Of a stretch of 64,000 nt of DNA, positions 29,601-38,763 are shown piece by piece. The DNA comes from an uncultured Chloroflexia bacterium. GTDB lineage: Bacteria > Chloroflexota > Limnocylindria > Limnocylindrales > CSP1-4. The stretch is taken from the NCBI GenBank assembly GCA_963748625.1, contig CAVVJT010000004.1, forward strand, positions 224,001 to 288,000, read 5' to 3'. The notes beneath the pieces were generated by a model that was not told the origin of the DNA, made no database searches, and saw nothing but the letters and a program-made list of their open reading frames with translations. The position numbers and the translations under genes were made by a program. Position 1 is the first letter of the stretch; every line of letters begins with the position of its first letter.

Positions 29601-32264
29601 GGTCCAGTCGGCGGTGCCGCCCGGGACGTCCGTGTAGGAGGCGCCCAGGTCGAGGCCGGCGAGGGTCTCGCCCATGACGCCCGTGCAGGTGCCGGACGCG
29701 CCGTGGGCGCCGCCGTCGTAGGTGCCGGTCCAGCCGGTGATGGTGCAGACCGGGTCGGCCATGCCGACCGTGATGCTGTAGGGCGCCGAGGTCGTGGCGT
29801 TGTAGTTGGCATCGGCGGCCTTGGTGGCGGTGACCGTGCAGGTGCCGGCGCCGACGATCGTCACCTGGGCGCTGCCGCTCGCGGTGCAGACCGCAGGGGT
29901 GCTCGAGGTGAACGTGAGGGCGCCGGTGCCGGAGCCACCCGAGGTGGTCGGGGCGAACGGGGCGTCGCCGTACGTCTTGGTCGCCGGCGCGGTGATCGAC
30001 AGCGCGGCCTGGTCGACCTTGCTGATCGTCAGCAGGGCCGTCGCGGCGGTGTTGAACGTGTAGTGGGTGGCACTGCCGCCCGAGCATGTGATCGTGAGCG
30101 GCGAGCTCGCGACCGGGGTGGCCACGGTGTAGGGGCTGGTGCAGGTCGGGGCCACGTAGCCCGCCGCGTTGCCGGCGTTCTCACCCGAGCGGAACCCGGT
30201 GACCGTGTACGTGTAGGTCGGGACGGCCTGGCCGAACGTGCGGCTCTGGGCGTCTGGGGTGACGGTCAGGACGCCCTTCTGAACCGTGATGCTGACCGGT
30301 GCCGAGGTCGTGCTGTTGTAGTTGGCGTCGGCAGCCCTCGTGGCGGTGACCGTGCAGGTACCGGTGGACGCGGTGATCGTGAGCACGTTGCCGACAACGG
30401 AGCACGCTGTGGAGGCGCCGGTGCTGTAGGTGACGGCACCCGTGCCCGAGCCGCCGGACGTGCCCAGCGTCTGGGTCGATCCGTACCCGGCGGGGCTGCT
30501 GGTGCCGGTCACGACCAGTGCGGCCTGGTTGGCCTTGTTGACCGTGATGCTGTAGGGCGCCGAGGTCGTGGCGTTGTAGTTGGCATCGGCGGCCTTGGTG
30601 GCGGTGACCGTGCAGGTGCCGGCGCCGACGATCGTCACCTGGGCGCTGCCGCTCGCGGTGCAGACCGCAGGGGTGCTCGAGGTGAACGTGAGGGCGCCGG
30701 TGCCGGAGCCACCCGAGGTGGTCGGGGCGAACGGGGCGTCGCCGTACGTCTTGGTCGCCGGCGCGGTGATCGACAGCGCGGCCTGGTTCAGCTTGCTGAC
30801 GGTGATGGTCGGCTGCGGGGCGGGGATGCTGGTCAGCGTCCCGCCGGGGCCCTTCGACTGGGTCGTGAACACGTAGGTGCCCGCGGCCGGCGCGGTGATC
30901 ACGTTGGCGAGCGTGTTGCCCCACCTGACCCGGAAGGTGCTTCCGGCCGCACAGGTGACATCGATCGTGATCGTCCAGGGGCCTGAGCCGCTCACGGCCA
31001 TCTGCGGCGTTCCTGCGGTCGGCAACGCGCATGTCGGGGTGGTCAGGGCCGGGTTCGTCGGATTGATGGCGAGGACGCCGGCGGAGTTGCCGATCGTCGG
31101 GGGCGTCCAGCCGGCCGGGACCACGATCGTGACCTGGGAGCCGACGGGCATGTTCGCCGTGGCCGTGAAGTTGAAGTCGATCAGCTCCAGGGACATGCCC
31201 GGAGTGACGGTCGGATCCGCATAGGAGTAGTTGCCCACGGAATCCCAGTGGACGGCAATGGTGCCTGTGCCATCGGCGCCGGTGACCGTGTGGACGGTCG
31301 TGCCGGAGCTGCCGTTGAATGCCGTGCTGCCGCCGTAGGTGGCGGTGAGGGTCTTCACGCCCGCGGTGGACGGGGTGAGCGAGCAGGTGGCGGTCGCGGT
31401 GCCGCCCGAGCCTGCGAGCGTGCACGGTGCGCTGGTCACGGTGCCGTCGGACACGGTGACCGTGCCGCCCGGCGTCAGGGATCCGCTCGCCGCAGCCACG
31501 CTCACACCGACCGAGACCGCCGCTCCGATGAGGGACGGATCCGGGGTGTCCGTGGTGATCGTGGTCGTGGAGTTCGCCTTGTTGACCGTGTGGGCGGCGG
31601 TGCCGGTGCTGCCGTTGAACGCCGAGTCGCCGCCGTAGGTGGCTGTCAGGGTCTTTGCGCCCGAGGTGGACGGGGTGAGCGAGCACGTCGCGGTCGCTGT
31701 GGCGCCCGAGCCGGAGAGCGTGCACGGCGCGCTGGTCACGGTGCCGTCGGACACGGTGACCGTGCCGCCCGGCGTCGCAGACCCGCTGGCACGCGTGACG
31801 CTGACGCCCACCGAGATCGCGGATCCGGCGACCGACGGATCCGGCGTGTGCGACGTGATCGCCGTGGTGGAGCCGATCTTGATGGCGTTGACGGTGAAGG
31901 TTGACGTCTGCGCGGTGAAGCCGCCGGCACCATTCACCGTCAGGGTCCGCGCGCCTGCAGCAGCGGCTCCGGTGACGGTGACGTCCGCCGTCAGCGTCGA
32001 GCTATTGGACCTGACCACGTTGGTGGCCGTCACGCCCGTGCCGGAGAAGGTGACCGAGTACGGGTTCCCCGAATTCGGGAAGTTGTTCGCCGGGCCGGCG
32101 ATCGTGATCGACCCGCTCGCCCCTTGGTTCATGTTGTTCGGCGTCACGCTCGTGATCGCCGCAAAGGTGGACGCCGGGACGCCAAGTGAGGCAAGGATCA
32201 GGGCTGCCTGGACGAGCGCCAGGAAGCGCCAGCGGCGCGTCGATCGGGTTGAGGTCGCGGGCAC
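26643..32264 (-). CDS. giant Ig-like/MBG-type repeat surface protein (1873 aa) with signal peptide and C-terminal anchor
   Basis: Signal peptide ...PASTFA; T/G/S-rich beta-sandwich repeats (LTATYGGD..FNGS, TYGDAPF, LTVTPDAQSRTFG); C-terminal PPTNT, TM helix and basic tail. Confidence 0.9.
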   Translation of the reverse strand: MPATSTRSTRRWRFLALVQAALILASLGVPASTFAAITSVTPNNMNQGASGSITIAGPANNFPNSGNPYSVTFSGTGVTATNVVRSNSSTLTADVTVTGAAAAGARTLTVNGAGGFTAQTSTFTVNAIKIGSTTAITSHTPDPSVAGSAISVGVSVTRASGSATPGGTVTVSDGTVTSAPCTLSGSGATATATCSLTPSTSGAKTLTATYGGDSAFNGSTGTAAHTVNKANSTTTITTDTPDPSLIGAAVSVGVSVAAASGSLTPGGTVTVSDGTVTSAPCTLAGSGGTATATCSLTPSTAGVKTLTATYGGSTAFNGSSGTTVHTVTGADGTGTIAVHWDSVGNYSYADPTVTPGMSLELIDFNFTATANMPVGSQVTIVVPAGWTPPTIGNSAGVLAINPTNPALTTPTCALPTAGTPQMAVSGSGPWTITIDVTCAAGSTFRVRWGNTLANVITAPAAGTYVFTTQSKGPGGTLTSIPAPQPTITVSKLNQAALSITAPATKTYGDAPFAPTTSGGSGTGALTFTSSTPAVCTASGSAQVTIVGAGTCTVTATKAADANYNATTSAPYSITVNKANQAALVVTGTSSPAGYGSTQTLGTSGGSGTGAVTYSTGASTACSVVGNVLTITASTGTCTVTATRAADANYNSTTSAPVSITVQKGVLTVTPDAQSRTFGQAVPTYTYTVTGFRSGENAGNAAGYVAPTCTSPYTVATPVASSPLTITCSGGSATHYTFNTAATALLTISKVDQAALSITAPATKTYGDAPFAPTTSGGSGTGALTFTSSTPAVCTASGSAQVTIVGAGTCTVTATKAADANYNATTSAPYSITVGMADPVCTITGWTGTYDGGAHGASGTCTGVMGETLAGLDLGASYTDVPGGTADWTFTDATGNYTDDAGSVDIEIGMADPVCTITGWTGTYDGGAHGASGTCTGVMGETLAGLDLGASYTDVPGGTADWTFTDATGNYTDDAGSVDIEIGMADPVCTITGWTGTYDGGAHGASGTCTGVMGETLAGLDLGASYTDVPGGTADWTFTDATGNYTDDAGSVDIEIGMAASTTTVTCPASVTYTGDPQTPCSASVTGAGGLNQVLPVVGYTGNTAVGTATAFAGFGGDANHYPSGDSTTFEITKADPVCTITGWTGTYDGGAHGASGTCTGVMGETLAGLDLGASYTDVPGGTADWTFTDATGNYTDDAGSVDIEIGMADPVCTITGWTGTYDGGAHGASGTCTGVMGETLAGLDLGASYTDVPGGTADWTFTDATGNYTDDAGSVDIEIGMAASTTTVTCPASVTYTGDPQTPCSASVTGAGGLNQVLPVVGYTGNTAVGTATAFAGFGGDANHYPSGDSTTFEITKADPVCTITGWTGTYDGGAHGASGTCTGVMGETLAGLDLGASYTDVPGGTADWTFTDATGNYTDDAGSVDIEIGMADPVCTITGWTGTYDGGAHGASGTCTGVMGETLAGLDLGASYTDVPGGTADWTFTDATGNYTDDAGSVDIEIGMADQAITFDPIPDAVYGNAVTASATATSGLPVVFSSLTPATCSVSGAAVTILAVGTCTIQAAQAGDGNWNEALAETQSFEVTQADADCTVSGWTGTYDATAHGASGSCTGVMGETLSGLVLGTLFTNVPGGTAAWTFTDGTGNYKDTSGTADIVITKADADCTVNGWSGPYDGSPHGASGSCTGVDGEDPGTLDLGASFTNVPGGTAAWTFTGNGNYRNQSGSVDIVIEKIEQAITFPSLPNITTNTKTVKLAATTDSGLPVTYTSLTPKVCTVSGTTVTIVGTGTCTIEASQQGDATHGPAEPVQQSFTVASGTTPPTNTGGLAGIVGSAMSSPLPLLPALAGVIALAMLLLLLGLRARARGDRTTMS
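27745..29765. repeat. intragenic array of seven near-identical 222-bp units and two 228-bp units (gene order A-A-A-B-A-A-B-A-A)
   Basis: atgccgatctcgatgtcgacc begins at 27751, 27973, 28423, 28645, 29095, 29317 and 29539; 672-bp higher-order period. Confidence 0.95.
29767..30787. repeat. duplicated domain of about 250 bp (774-bp offset)
   Basis: QAALSITAPATKTYGD...SAPYSITV encoded twice with matching DNA. Confidence 0.9.
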
Positions 32265-32363
32265 GTTGCACTCTTTCGGCTGAACGGCTTACCGGCGAGC
32301 GACCCATAGGCGGGCCCATCCCGGAGATATGCCGTGAGCATCGCCGGTGACCGGTGGCGCGTC

Positions 32364-32382
32364 GATGCACCACTGGTGCATC
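32364..32382. promoter_or_regulatory. perfect 9-bp inverted repeat upstream of the surface-protein gene (operator-like)
   Basis: gatgcacca-c-tggtgcatc. Confidence 0.5.
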
Positions 32383-32415
32383 AAAGGTGCCCCGATAGTC
32401 CTATTCCAATCGCGC

Positions 32416-33003
32416 CTACGCGAGTGGCTCGAACGCCTGCGGGTAGCGGACGATGCCGCGCATCGCCTCGTCCCACGCCGGCAGCAGCCGCGCCATCCAG
32501 GCCGCGTCGGGCCAGGCCGCAGCCGGCGGCATCAGGCCAACGGCGCGCGCCGGGACGAACCCGAACCTCGGGTAGTACTCGGGGTGCCCCAGGAGCACGA
32601 GTGCGGGCACGGCACGGGCGATCGCCACCGCGACCGCGGATGTCATGAGCGCGGAGCCGACATGACGGAACTGCACGGCGGGATCCACCGCCACCGGCCC
32701 GATCGCGAGCACCGTCGCGAGCATCGACCCGTCAGCCGCTTCAACGCGACAGGGCGACAGCAGCAGGTGCCCGACGATCACGTCGTCGAGCAGACTCCCC
32801 GGCGCACCCACCGCCACGAGGGAGTGCCACCCGTCCGGCGCGTCGGCACGGATGGCATCGACGATCGCCGCCTCCTCGGGCCCCGGGAATGCGGCGAGGT
32901 TGACATGACGGACCCCCGGCGCATCGCCGGGGGCCTCGAGACGGATGCGGATGGGGAGCGGGGGCGGCCCCGGGACCGCGAGGATGCCGGGGCCGTTGCT
33001 CAT
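32416..33003 (-). CDS. GNAT N-acetyltransferase (YhbS-like)
   Basis: IRLEAPGD, IVGHLLLS, GPVAVDP, LLGHPEYYPRFGF. Confidence 0.9.
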   Translation of the reverse strand: MSNGPGILAVPGPPPLPIRIRLEAPGDAPGVRHVNLAAFPGPEEAAIVDAIRADAPDGWHSLVAVGAPGSLLDDVIVGHLLLSPCRVEAADGSMLATVLAIGPVAVDPAVQFRHVGSALMTSAVAVAIARAVPALVLLGHPEYYPRFGFVPARAVGLMPPAAAWPDAAWMARLLPAWDEAMRGIVRYPQAFEPLA

Positions 33004-33022
33004 GGCGTGCCGGTGGTGCCGG

Positions 33023-34423
33023 TCAGCCGGCTGCGGCGGCCAGGGCGGCCGGGATCGGGCGGGAGACCGCGACGGGCTTGACGTACTTCGCCGTCATCTC
33101 CCTGGACCCGACCACCTTGAGCTGGTCGAAGAGGTACGCGATCTTGGCGCCCTGCGAAGCGAGGATCTCGTCCTTGGTGGCCAGGTCCCACAGCTGCCGC
33201 TTGAACGGGCCGATGGCCTTCTTGCGGGTGGTGTAGAGGAACTGGTCCTCGGTCTGGCCGTCCTTGCGCTCGTCGGCGGCATTGACCACCAGCCACGCGT
33301 TGATCTCGTCCACCAGCTCGGAAGGGAAGGCCGGATGCCCGTACAGCGCGTTCTGGAAGCCGGTCGCGAGGTGGATCTCGGCGGTCTCGACCTGCGGGAA
33401 GCGGTGGAAGAGGTCGTCCGGCAGCGTGGAGGCACCGTGCTGGACGGCGCCTGCCAGGCCGCGGGATCGGGCGTACTCGCCCAGCTTGGCGAGGACATCG
33501 AAGTCCAACTTGACCTCGGCCACGCCGCCCCCGGGGAGCGGTACGCCCCCGTGGCTGGTGCCCGTCTGGACCGAGACCTTGGACAGGCCCTTCGCGCCGG
33601 GGGCGAGCTTCGCCAGGAGGGCGTCGTAGCCGTCGAGATAGGCCGTGAGGTCAGCCACGGTCGAGTTGGTCTTGCCCACCTCGCCGATCTCGCCGCCGAC
33701 ACTGACCGTGACGCCGTCCGTCTCGAGCTCGCGGATGAGCGCGGTCAGCTCGGCCGCCTTCGTGTAGTTCTCCTTCTGCTCAAGGTCGAGCGTCGGCTGG
33801 GAGAGGTCCACGAGGGTGGAGCTGTCAATGTCGATGTTGCGGTAGCCGGCCTCGATTGCCAGCCTGCACGCGCGGCGGATCTCCTCGGTCATCGCCTCGG
33901 GATCGGCGGCGTACTTCTTGGCGTTGAACTGGTAGTGGTCGCCCTGGACGAAGACCGGACCCGTCCAGCCAGCGGCGATGGCGCCCGCGTACACGGACGC
34001 GGCGAAGTCCATCGGGCGCTGGAAGGTATACGTCTGCTCGGACCGGGCGATCTCGAGGATGAGGGCGCCGACGTCCTGCCTGGCGGCCGTCTCGTAGATC
34101 GTGCGCGCCATGTCGAACGTCTGGGCACGCAGGTTCATGGCCGGCACGGTGAAGCCACTGACCTCACCGCGGCTACGGGCCATGTAAAGGTCCTGGATGG
34201 AGGCGCTCATGACGCCCAGAGCCTGGGCGCCCTCCCAGATCAGCCAGCGGGCAGCCTCGGCCGTGTCGTCGTCCACGGTGAAGGCAGCGGTCCAGGCGAG
34301 ATCGGCGGCGAGCTCGGAGCGGAAGCGGGCGGCGTTCTCGACGACCAGCTTGCCGCCTTCGATGCGGGCGATCCCCTCGAGGCGGGTGACCAGGTCAGCG
34401 ACGGAGGTCGCGGTGTACGGCAT
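33023..34423 (-). CDS. long-form class II (metal-dependent) fructose-bisphosphate aldolase family protein
   Basis: VPAMN, QGDHYQ, DIDSS, GGEIGEVG, GTSHGG, VQHGAS motifs; N-terminal extension. Confidence 0.85.
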   Translation of the reverse strand: MPYTATSVADLVTRLEGIARIEGGKLVVENAARFRSELAADLAWTAAFTVDDDTAEAARWLIWEGAQALGVMSASIQDLYMARSRGEVSGFTVPAMNLRAQTFDMARTIYETAARQDVGALILEIARSEQTYTFQRPMDFAASVYAGAIAAGWTGPVFVQGDHYQFNAKKYAADPEAMTEEIRRACRLAIEAGYRNIDIDSSTLVDLSQPTLDLEQKENYTKAAELTALIRELETDGVTVSVGGEIGEVGKTNSTVADLTAYLDGYDALLAKLAPGAKGLSKVSVQTGTSHGGVPLPGGGVAEVKLDFDVLAKLGEYARSRGLAGAVQHGASTLPDDLFHRFPQVETAEIHLATGFQNALYGHPAFPSELVDEINAWLVVNAADERKDGQTEDQFLYTTRKKAIGPFKRQLWDLATKDEILASQGAKIAYLFDQLKVVGSREMTAKYVKPVAVSRPIPAALAAAAG

Positions 34424-34695
34424 CGGGTCCATGTCTCCTGCGGATGTCGCCATAGATGGTAGCCGCGGGCCCGAGACCGCAACGGTTGCCGTGGGGTTGC
34501 AGTCCACGGTGCGCGCGGCACGCCGGACGGGCGGCTGCCGACGGCGTCCCGGAGAGGATGCCCCACCGCGCTCGCGATCCCGAGTGCGCATCGTCGCCCA
34601 GCGTCCGGTCCTCGAGGGCGGGACGGCAGGTCACCTGGCCCCCGTCGGGGGGCCGGTTGGCGCAGCGCGAGCGCGTTCGGACGCGCCCGTGGCGA

Positions 34696-35172
34696 TCAGG
34701 CCGGGTTCATCACCATCGTGAACACGATCACCACGACGAGCAGCGTCATGATCATCCCGCCGATGCGCACCTTCTTGGCGGTCTTGGCCACCTCGGGGTT
34801 GGGACCCGAACCGGGAGCGGGAGGGGTGGACGTCAGCTCCACGAGCTTGCGACCGGCCGGCGCCTGGTAGGCCATCGCGACGACCACCGAGATGACGTAG
34901 AGCAGGATGCCCACCTCGAGCCAGTGGCCGCCCGCCGTCACGGCGCCCCAGCCGCGGACCACGATCATCCCGATGCCTGTGACCAGCATGGAGATCGCCA
35001 CCGGCGTGATGAGGTTGCGACCGGCCGCCACCTGGGTGCGGGCGTAGAAGTTCGCGTACTGCGGCTCCTTGGCCGCCATCGGACCCACGATCATCGCAGC
35101 GAAGCCGGGCCCGAACGCGACGATGGCGCCCATGATGTGCAGGTAGAGGAAGATGGTGAACAGGTCGAGCAC
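34696..35172 (-). CDS. DUF2269-like four-TM membrane protein
   Basis: LYLHIMGAIVAFG...TGIGM...WL...FTMVMNP; GTG 35172 after GGGAG. Confidence 0.75.
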   Translation of the reverse strand: MLDLFTIFLYLHIMGAIVAFGPGFAAMIVGPMAAKEPQYANFYARTQVAAGRNLITPVAISMLVTGIGMIVVRGWGAVTAGGHWLEVGILLYVISVVVAMAYQAPAGRKLVELTSTPPAPGSGPNPEVAKTAKKVRIGGMIMTLLVVVIVFTMVMNPA

Positions 35173-35320
35173 GCGTGACTCCCGAGGGGCTTGGGCAGGT
35201 GAGGCTTGGTGTCGTCCCGATCCTAGCAGCGCATCGCCCGGCACGGGTTCGACGTCCCGTGCGACCGCGAGTCGCTTGGCATAATCGGACTCCCGCGCCC
35301 ATTGCAGGAGCCCCTCCCTC

Positions 35321-36349
35321 ATGTCGTCCGACGCCGTCCCGTCCCCTGCCAGCGTGCCGGACGGCGTCCCCGCCACGAGCCCTGCGCGGACGAGTGTGGC
35401 CATCCTGGGGTCGTGCATCACGCGCGACGTCTTCAACAGGCGCTTCTGCCCCGACCACCATGCGCGGTACCGCATCGCCGCCAGCGGCTATCGCATCGCA
35501 CTTCCCAGCCTGATGGGGCGCCCCGTGCAGTTCGAGGACGCACTTCTCGAGGGACTGTCCGCCCAGGACCGCACGTGGGTGCGGAATGACGCCACCAAGG
35601 CCTTCCTTGACGACCTCGCGGCGGATCCTCCAGAGATCCTGCTGGTCGACCTCGCGGCAGATGTCCGCTTCGGCGTGCTCGACCTGGGTGGCGGCGCGTA
35701 TCTGACGGCCTTCCGCTGGATGTACCGGCGTACGGCCTGGTGGAACGGGCTCGACCCGGCTCGCCGCCCGCGCACGATCGCGCCGCTGATCAACCGCGCC
35801 GAGTACCTGCGCCTGTGGACAGGTGCCCTCGAGCGGCTGCGCGAGCACGTCGCCCGCGTTGCACCGGCGACCCGCGTCGTCGTCGTTCGGGCGCGCCAGA
35901 CACGCTGCCTCTGGCTGCCTGAGCAGACCCGGACGGTGCCACTACGCGACCACCGCTTCGTGCCCCCCGGCAGCGCGAGCCGATTTGATGCAGCGTGGGA
36001 CGAGCTCACCGGCCTAGCGCTCGCATCGACCGGCTGGAGGGCCATCGACATGCGGCCACGGGAGTACCCGACCTCGGACAGCCACCCGTGGCGAGCCGGC
36101 CAGACGCACTTCGCCCCGGACTACTACGAGGACCTCCTCGCGTCGCTCGATCGCCTCCAGGCCGACCCGTCCCAGGCGGCGGTGACGCAGGACGGCACGC
36201 GGCCGCCGGGACGGTCCTGGGATGGCGAGCCCGGCGCCAGCGAACCACGCCCGAGGCCACCTCGCCCCGCGCAGCTCGCCCGACGCCACCGCCCACTTCG
36301 GAAGCGGATCCACCACCGCCTCGGCCGGCTGCTCGGGAGCCGGGTCTGA
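35321..36349 (+). CDS. DUF6270-like protein
   Basis: AILGSCITRDVFN, LLVDLAADVRFG, HPW...HFAPDYY motifs. Confidence 0.7.
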   Translation: MSSDAVPSPASVPDGVPATSPARTSVAILGSCITRDVFNRRFCPDHHARYRIAASGYRIALPSLMGRPVQFEDALLEGLSAQDRTWVRNDATKAFLDDLAADPPEILLVDLAADVRFGVLDLGGGAYLTAFRWMYRRTAWWNGLDPARRPRTIAPLINRAEYLRLWTGALERLREHVARVAPATRVVVVRARQTRCLWLPEQTRTVPLRDHRFVPPGSASRFDAAWDELTGLALASTGWRAIDMRPREYPTSDSHPWRAGQTHFAPDYYEDLLASLDRLQADPSQAAVTQDGTRPPGRSWDGEPGASEPRPRPPRPAQLARRHRPLRKRIHHRLGRLLGSRV

Positions 36350-36415
36350 CCCACCGCCGGTGCTCTGAGATCCGCCACCGAGTCCACGCCGACGAGAGCT
36401 TGCCGAGCCGACCCC

Positions 36416-37210
36416 TCAGCGCGCCAGCAGTGCCGCACGACGAGCCTGCTCGCGCTCGATGTCACGCGGGCTGCGTCCCGTGCGGCCCGCGAGGTCGTCC
36501 AGGACTCCCCAGGCGAAGTGATCCCACCGGTCGGCCTGCTCGTTCCAGGTGGCGAGCACCGCGGGCGGCAGCCGCTGCACGTGGCCGTGGGTGTCCAGCG
36601 CGACCGGTCGAACGTAATGGGCAGCGGCCACGCGAGCCCCCCTGCCTCCGGTGGGCGGTGCCATCACCAGCACCACGCCCAGCCGCGACCGCTCATCCTC
36701 GTCCGTTCCGATCGTGGGCGCGTGCAGCCGTTCGACGAGGTCGTCGAGGCCGTCGCCCGGCGCGGTGGCCAGCATCCCGTAGCCCAACGACAAGGCGCGG
36801 ATGACCAGGCGCGTCCGGTCCCCATCGAGGCCACCCGAATCGGGCTCGGCGAGTCCGCGCACCAGGAACACCCCCCGGTCCCCGCCGCCCGGCGGAGTAG
36901 CCTCACGCGAACGATCGGTGCGCCAGCCCAGCGTGTCGGCATCGGCCAGCCAGGCGAAGTCATCGTCAGGCGCGACCTCGAAGACCGTCGCCCCGGTGGG
37001 CAACGCGCCCGTCAAGGCGTCCGCGACCAGGGCGCGCCCTGAGCCTGCCCGGCCCGTTACCACCACCGGAGTGCCCGTCTCAACCAGTAGCCACAGCAGG
37101 GCGGCAAGCTCGGCGTCGAGCACCCTCGCGCGGACCAGGCCCGTCAGGTCGGGCGGAGGCGCATCAACGGATCTGGAAGCGGGCACGGGACCGGGAATGA
37201 CTGGCTGCAC
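36416..37210 (-). CDS. degenerate type II/IV secretion (FlaI/TadA/VirB11-like) ATPase-domain protein
   Basis: LDAELAALLWLLVE..PVVVTGRAGSGRALVADAL resembles the secretion-ATPase Walker A region with K->R. Confidence 0.6.
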   Translation of the reverse strand: MQPVIPGPVPASRSVDAPPPDLTGLVRARVLDAELAALLWLLVETGTPVVVTGRAGSGRALVADALTGALPTGATVFEVAPDDDFAWLADADTLGWRTDRSREATPPGGGDRGVFLVRGLAEPDSGGLDGDRTRLVIRALSLGYGMLATAPGDGLDDLVERLHAPTIGTDEDERSRLGVVLVMAPPTGGRGARVAAAHYVRPVALDTHGHVQRLPPAVLATWNEQADRWDHFAWGVLDDLAGRTGRSPRDIEREQARRAALLAR

Positions 37211-37287
37211 GCCGACAGGCTACAGGCTCGGCATCGAGGCGGGACAATGGTCGCCACCGTAGGCCGTCCTTATCAGGGAGCACCTCC

Positions 37288-37635
37288 ATGACCATCGACC
37301 GCATCGATCCCGGCGTCCGCATGGCCGAGGGCGTCGCCTTCGGCAACCTCGTCTTCCTCGCGGGCCACGTCAGCGAGCTCGAAGGCGCGACCGTCGCGGA
37401 GCAGACCGCCGACATCCTGACCCAGATCGACGCCACGCTCGCCAAGGCCGGCACCGACCGCTCGAAGCTGCTGTCGGTGCAGATCTGGCTCACCGACATC
37501 GCCACCTGGGCCGAGATGAACACTGCCTGGGACGCATGGGTGGACGCGGCCAACCTGCCCGCCCGCGCGACAGTCGAGGCGAGGCTTGCCGCCCCGCGCT
37601 ACAAGGTCGAGATCGCGGGCATCGCCGCGCGCTGA
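37288..37635 (+). CDS. RidA family protein (YoaB-like)
   Basis: VFLAGHV, AGTDRSKLLS.QIWL, MNTAWDAW, PARATVEARL, VEI. Confidence 0.92.
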   Translation: MTIDRIDPGVRMAEGVAFGNLVFLAGHVSELEGATVAEQTADILTQIDATLAKAGTDRSKLLSVQIWLTDIATWAEMNTAWDAWVDAANLPARATVEARLAAPRYKVEIAGIAAR

Positions 37636-37677
37636 CGTTGGGGTCGAGCCGTCCCACCGTAGCCCGGCCCGACCGGG

Positions 37678-38130
37678 TTAGGGCTGGCCATCACCGAAGA
37701 AGCCGGCGGCAGCGTAGACGAACTCGCGGTCGTACTGCTTCATGACAGACTTGCCCGCAATCCGGCTGATCTTGAGCCACTGGTCGCCGGACTCGCCGCA
37801 GCTTCCCGCGTCGTAGGCCGTGCCGGCGACCGTCTCGGCAACGCGGACCTTCGTGCCCTTGGCGATCCGTACGACCAGGCCCTCGTCGGATGCCGGGCCC
37901 TGGCGGACGGCGACATTGCCGCACGCCGCATACATGATCATGCCCGCCGTCACCGCAGTCGACGGCTCAGGGGTGGCCTCAGGCGCGCCCGTGAGGGGCG
38001 CCTCGGTGGCGATGGGCGCCTCGGTCTCGAGGGCCGCGCTGGGGGACGGGGTGGCCGAGCTGCCACCGCAACCGGCGACGATCACCAGCACGAGTGCAGC
38101 CGAGAATCCGGCGAGCGTGAGACGGCGCAT
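37678..38130 (-). CDS. lipoprotein with an SH3b-like domain
   Basis: Lipobox VAGC, P/T linker, VAVRQGP...IAKGTKVRV...WLKI. Confidence 0.7.
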   Translation of the reverse strand: MRRLTLAGFSAALVLVIVAGCGGSSATPSPSAALETEAPIATEAPLTGAPEATPEPSTAVTAGMIMYAACGNVAVRQGPASDEGLVVRIAKGTKVRVAETVAGTAYDAGSCGESGDQWLKISRIAGKSVMKQYDREFVYAAAGFFGDGQP

Positions 38131-38262
38131 CGTTCCGTGTCCCTCCATGCTGGCCCGTCGGATGGCGGGGTGCCCTGCAGGGAGGATAGTCGGGTCGGGC
38201 CGTTCCTGTCAGAGCCGGGCGGACCGTGATCCAGGCCCGGGCGCCTGCACGCAGCCGCTACC

Positions 38263-38574
38263 TCACGGGCGACGGTCGGCTGCGGCCTCACGTGATCGGG
38301 CGGCGATCCCGTCCAGGTAGAGGACGTCCGCCTCGTCGCGATGCACACCCGTGGAGCCGACGTGCTTGGCGCTGATCGTGGCACCGTTCCTGATCACGTG
38401 GACCAGGGCCATCGCATGGCCGCGTCCCAGGCCGAAATCCTCCTTGAGCCAGTCCACGATCTCGCCGGCCTTCGACGTCTCGCCGTAGCCGCGTTGATGC
38501 GCCAGCTCGATGAAGTCGCGCGGGGTCCGACCTGTCTCCCGCTCGATCGCGTCGAGATACGCCTGGAACGACAT
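38263..38574 (-). CDS. DUF4287 family protein
   Basis: MSFQAYLDAIERETG...WLKEDFGLGRGHAMALVH. Confidence 0.85.
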   Translation of the reverse strand: MSFQAYLDAIERETGRTPRDFIELAHQRGYGETSKAGEIVDWLKEDFGLGRGHAMALVHVIRNGATISAKHVGSTGVHRDEADVLYLDGIAARSREAAADRRP

Positions 38575-38763
38575 GTACACCTCCGGGGACCAGTGTCCTC
38601 GCCGCAGCGATGCCGGCCCCCTGGCCTTGTTGGTTCAGGATCTGGTGGCGGTGCCAGCTACCTGCCGGCTCCGCTCACCGACGGATCCTCCCATCTCCGC
38701 GACCGTCCCGCATTATGGAGGCCAGCACCGACCCGAAACCAGTTCTCACGTGAGGGCCGTCCG

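Noticed and set aside
27745-29765. Long regular repeats as a possible CRISPR array or DGR template/variable repeat
   Set aside because: Units are 222/228 bp, in frame, with no unique spacers and no adenine-specific variation seen; no cas or reverse transcriptase gene in the window.
32265-32415. c-di-GMP or other riboswitch upstream of the surface protein
   Set aside because: No conserved aptamer core recognised by eye; an Rfam scan would be needed.
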